From positions 6,887 through 70,886 of IMG/VR virus record IMGVR_UViG_3300030106_005551: 64,000 nucleotides of DNA. One strand, 5' to 3'. The notes below the pieces were generated by a model. That model was not told where the DNA came from and made no database searches. It was given only the letters and a program-made list of their open reading frames with translations. The position numbers and the translations under genes were made by a program. Numbering within the stretch: position 1 is the stretch's first letter; each line of letters opens with the position of its first letter. The stretch is from a virus (Duplodnaviria > Caudoviricetes). Positions 63,337 through 64,000 of the stretch are shown here, piece after piece.

Positions 63337-64000
63337 AAGAAAAACATTTAAAATTAGACCATCAGGTAGATCAACAGATTTTATATCTCCAAGCTTTGGA
63401 TATGGCTGTTTGTATAACTGTTCTTATTGTTATATGAAACGCCATATGCCAAGAGGTCTAAGTGTTGCAACTAATACAGAAGACATACTTACTGAAATAA
63501 ACAGTCATGTTATGTTTGCTGAAGTAGAAAAGCCTAATCAAACACACAAAAAATATATAACATACGATATTAGTTGTAATGAAGATTTTGCATTACATGC
63601 TAAACATCACGAATGGGAAAAAATATTTTTATTTTTTAGAGACCATCCTATTGCTATGGGTAGTTTTGCTACTAAATACGTTAACCCAGATTTTATATTT
63701 TTTAACCCTGAAGGCAAAATTAGAATTAGGTTTAGCTTAATGCCACAATTAAAAGCAGATATACATGAGCCTAATACATCTAAAATAATAGATCGTATAA
63801 AAGCAATAAATGCTTATGTAAAATCTGGTTATGATGTTCATGTAAATTTTAGCCCCGTAATTGTTTATGATGGCTGGCTTAATGATTATTATAAATTATT
63901 CCAAATGCTTAATGACTACGTTGATTCGGCCATACATGCAAACGTTCTGTCGGAAGTTATATTTTTAACACACAACGAGTCTAGGCATTTGGTTAATAAT
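63317..64000 (+). CDS. splB: Spore photoproduct lyase-like radical SAM protein (partial; runs off window end)
   Basis: Not in the track; open for 228 codons. GYGCLYNCSYCY (C31/C35/C38), YDISCNED, FATK, RIRFSLMP, EPNTS..RI.A, VHVNFSPVI. Confidence 0.88.
   Translation, partial: MKIRKIKRKTFKIRPSGRSTDFISPSFGYGCLYNCSYCYMKRHMPRGLSVATNTEDILTEINSHVMFAEVEKPNQTHKKYITYDISCNEDFALHAKHHEWEKIFLFFRDHPIAMGSFATKYVNPDFIFFNPEGKIRIRFSLMPQLKADIHEPNTSKIIDRIKAINAYVKSGYDVHVNFSPVIVYDGWLNDYYKLFQMLNDYVDSAIHANVLSEVIFLTHNESRHLVNN

Noticed and set aside
1-64000. Stop-codon reassignment as in some gut Crassvirales
   Set aside because: Genes up to 11 kb are open and tightly packed in the standard code; TGA and TAG occur as real stops (2324, 6481, 51588).
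1-64000. Bacterial chromosome or prophage origin for the envelope genes
   Set aside because: They are contiguous, co-oriented and overlapping with the virion operon; no integrase, att site or housekeeping genes were seen.

Overview
The window is about 64 kb of an AT-rich, crAss-like (Crassvirales-type) phage genome with a Bacteroidota, probably flavobacterial, host. It is read in the standard genetic code. Positions 1-51254 form one minus-strand late region. In transcription order it encodes small basic/cargo proteins, terminase large subunit, portal, scaffold, major capsid protein, ring/adaptor proteins, an IHF-like protein, a 2245-aa tail stabilisation (muzzle-like) protein, ejection proteins including a tail-lysozyme domain, a 3756-aa virion RNA polymerase polyprotein (RxP and DLDGD motifs, HExxH zincin motif) and LamG tail proteins. 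It ends in an unusual block of signal-peptide-bearing envelope proteins: two predicted outer-membrane beta-barrels, a cysteine-less thioredoxin fold and a MAM/Cys-repeat protein. After a divergent junction at about 51255-51430, the plus strand carries early genes interleaved with terminators, six copies of a 15-nt candidate phage-RNAP promoter and several structured non-coding RNA candidates. Replication, recombination and repair genes follow (DUF932, DnaB, HU-like, Rad52-like, SSB-like, RusA, DnaA domain IV, RecE-like, DUF3310, and a spore photoproduct lyase-like radical SAM gene cut by the window end). Bacteroidota TAnnTTTG promoter boxes precede many middle and late genes. The most promising leads are the envelope module (1-5329), the early ncRNA cluster with its promoter motif (51390-53932), a PSBD-like motif in the vRNAP, and a shared YxxGG peptide motif in putative cargo proteins. 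All family assignments come from motif recognition by eye and RNA folds from manual pairing; no searches or folding programs were run.
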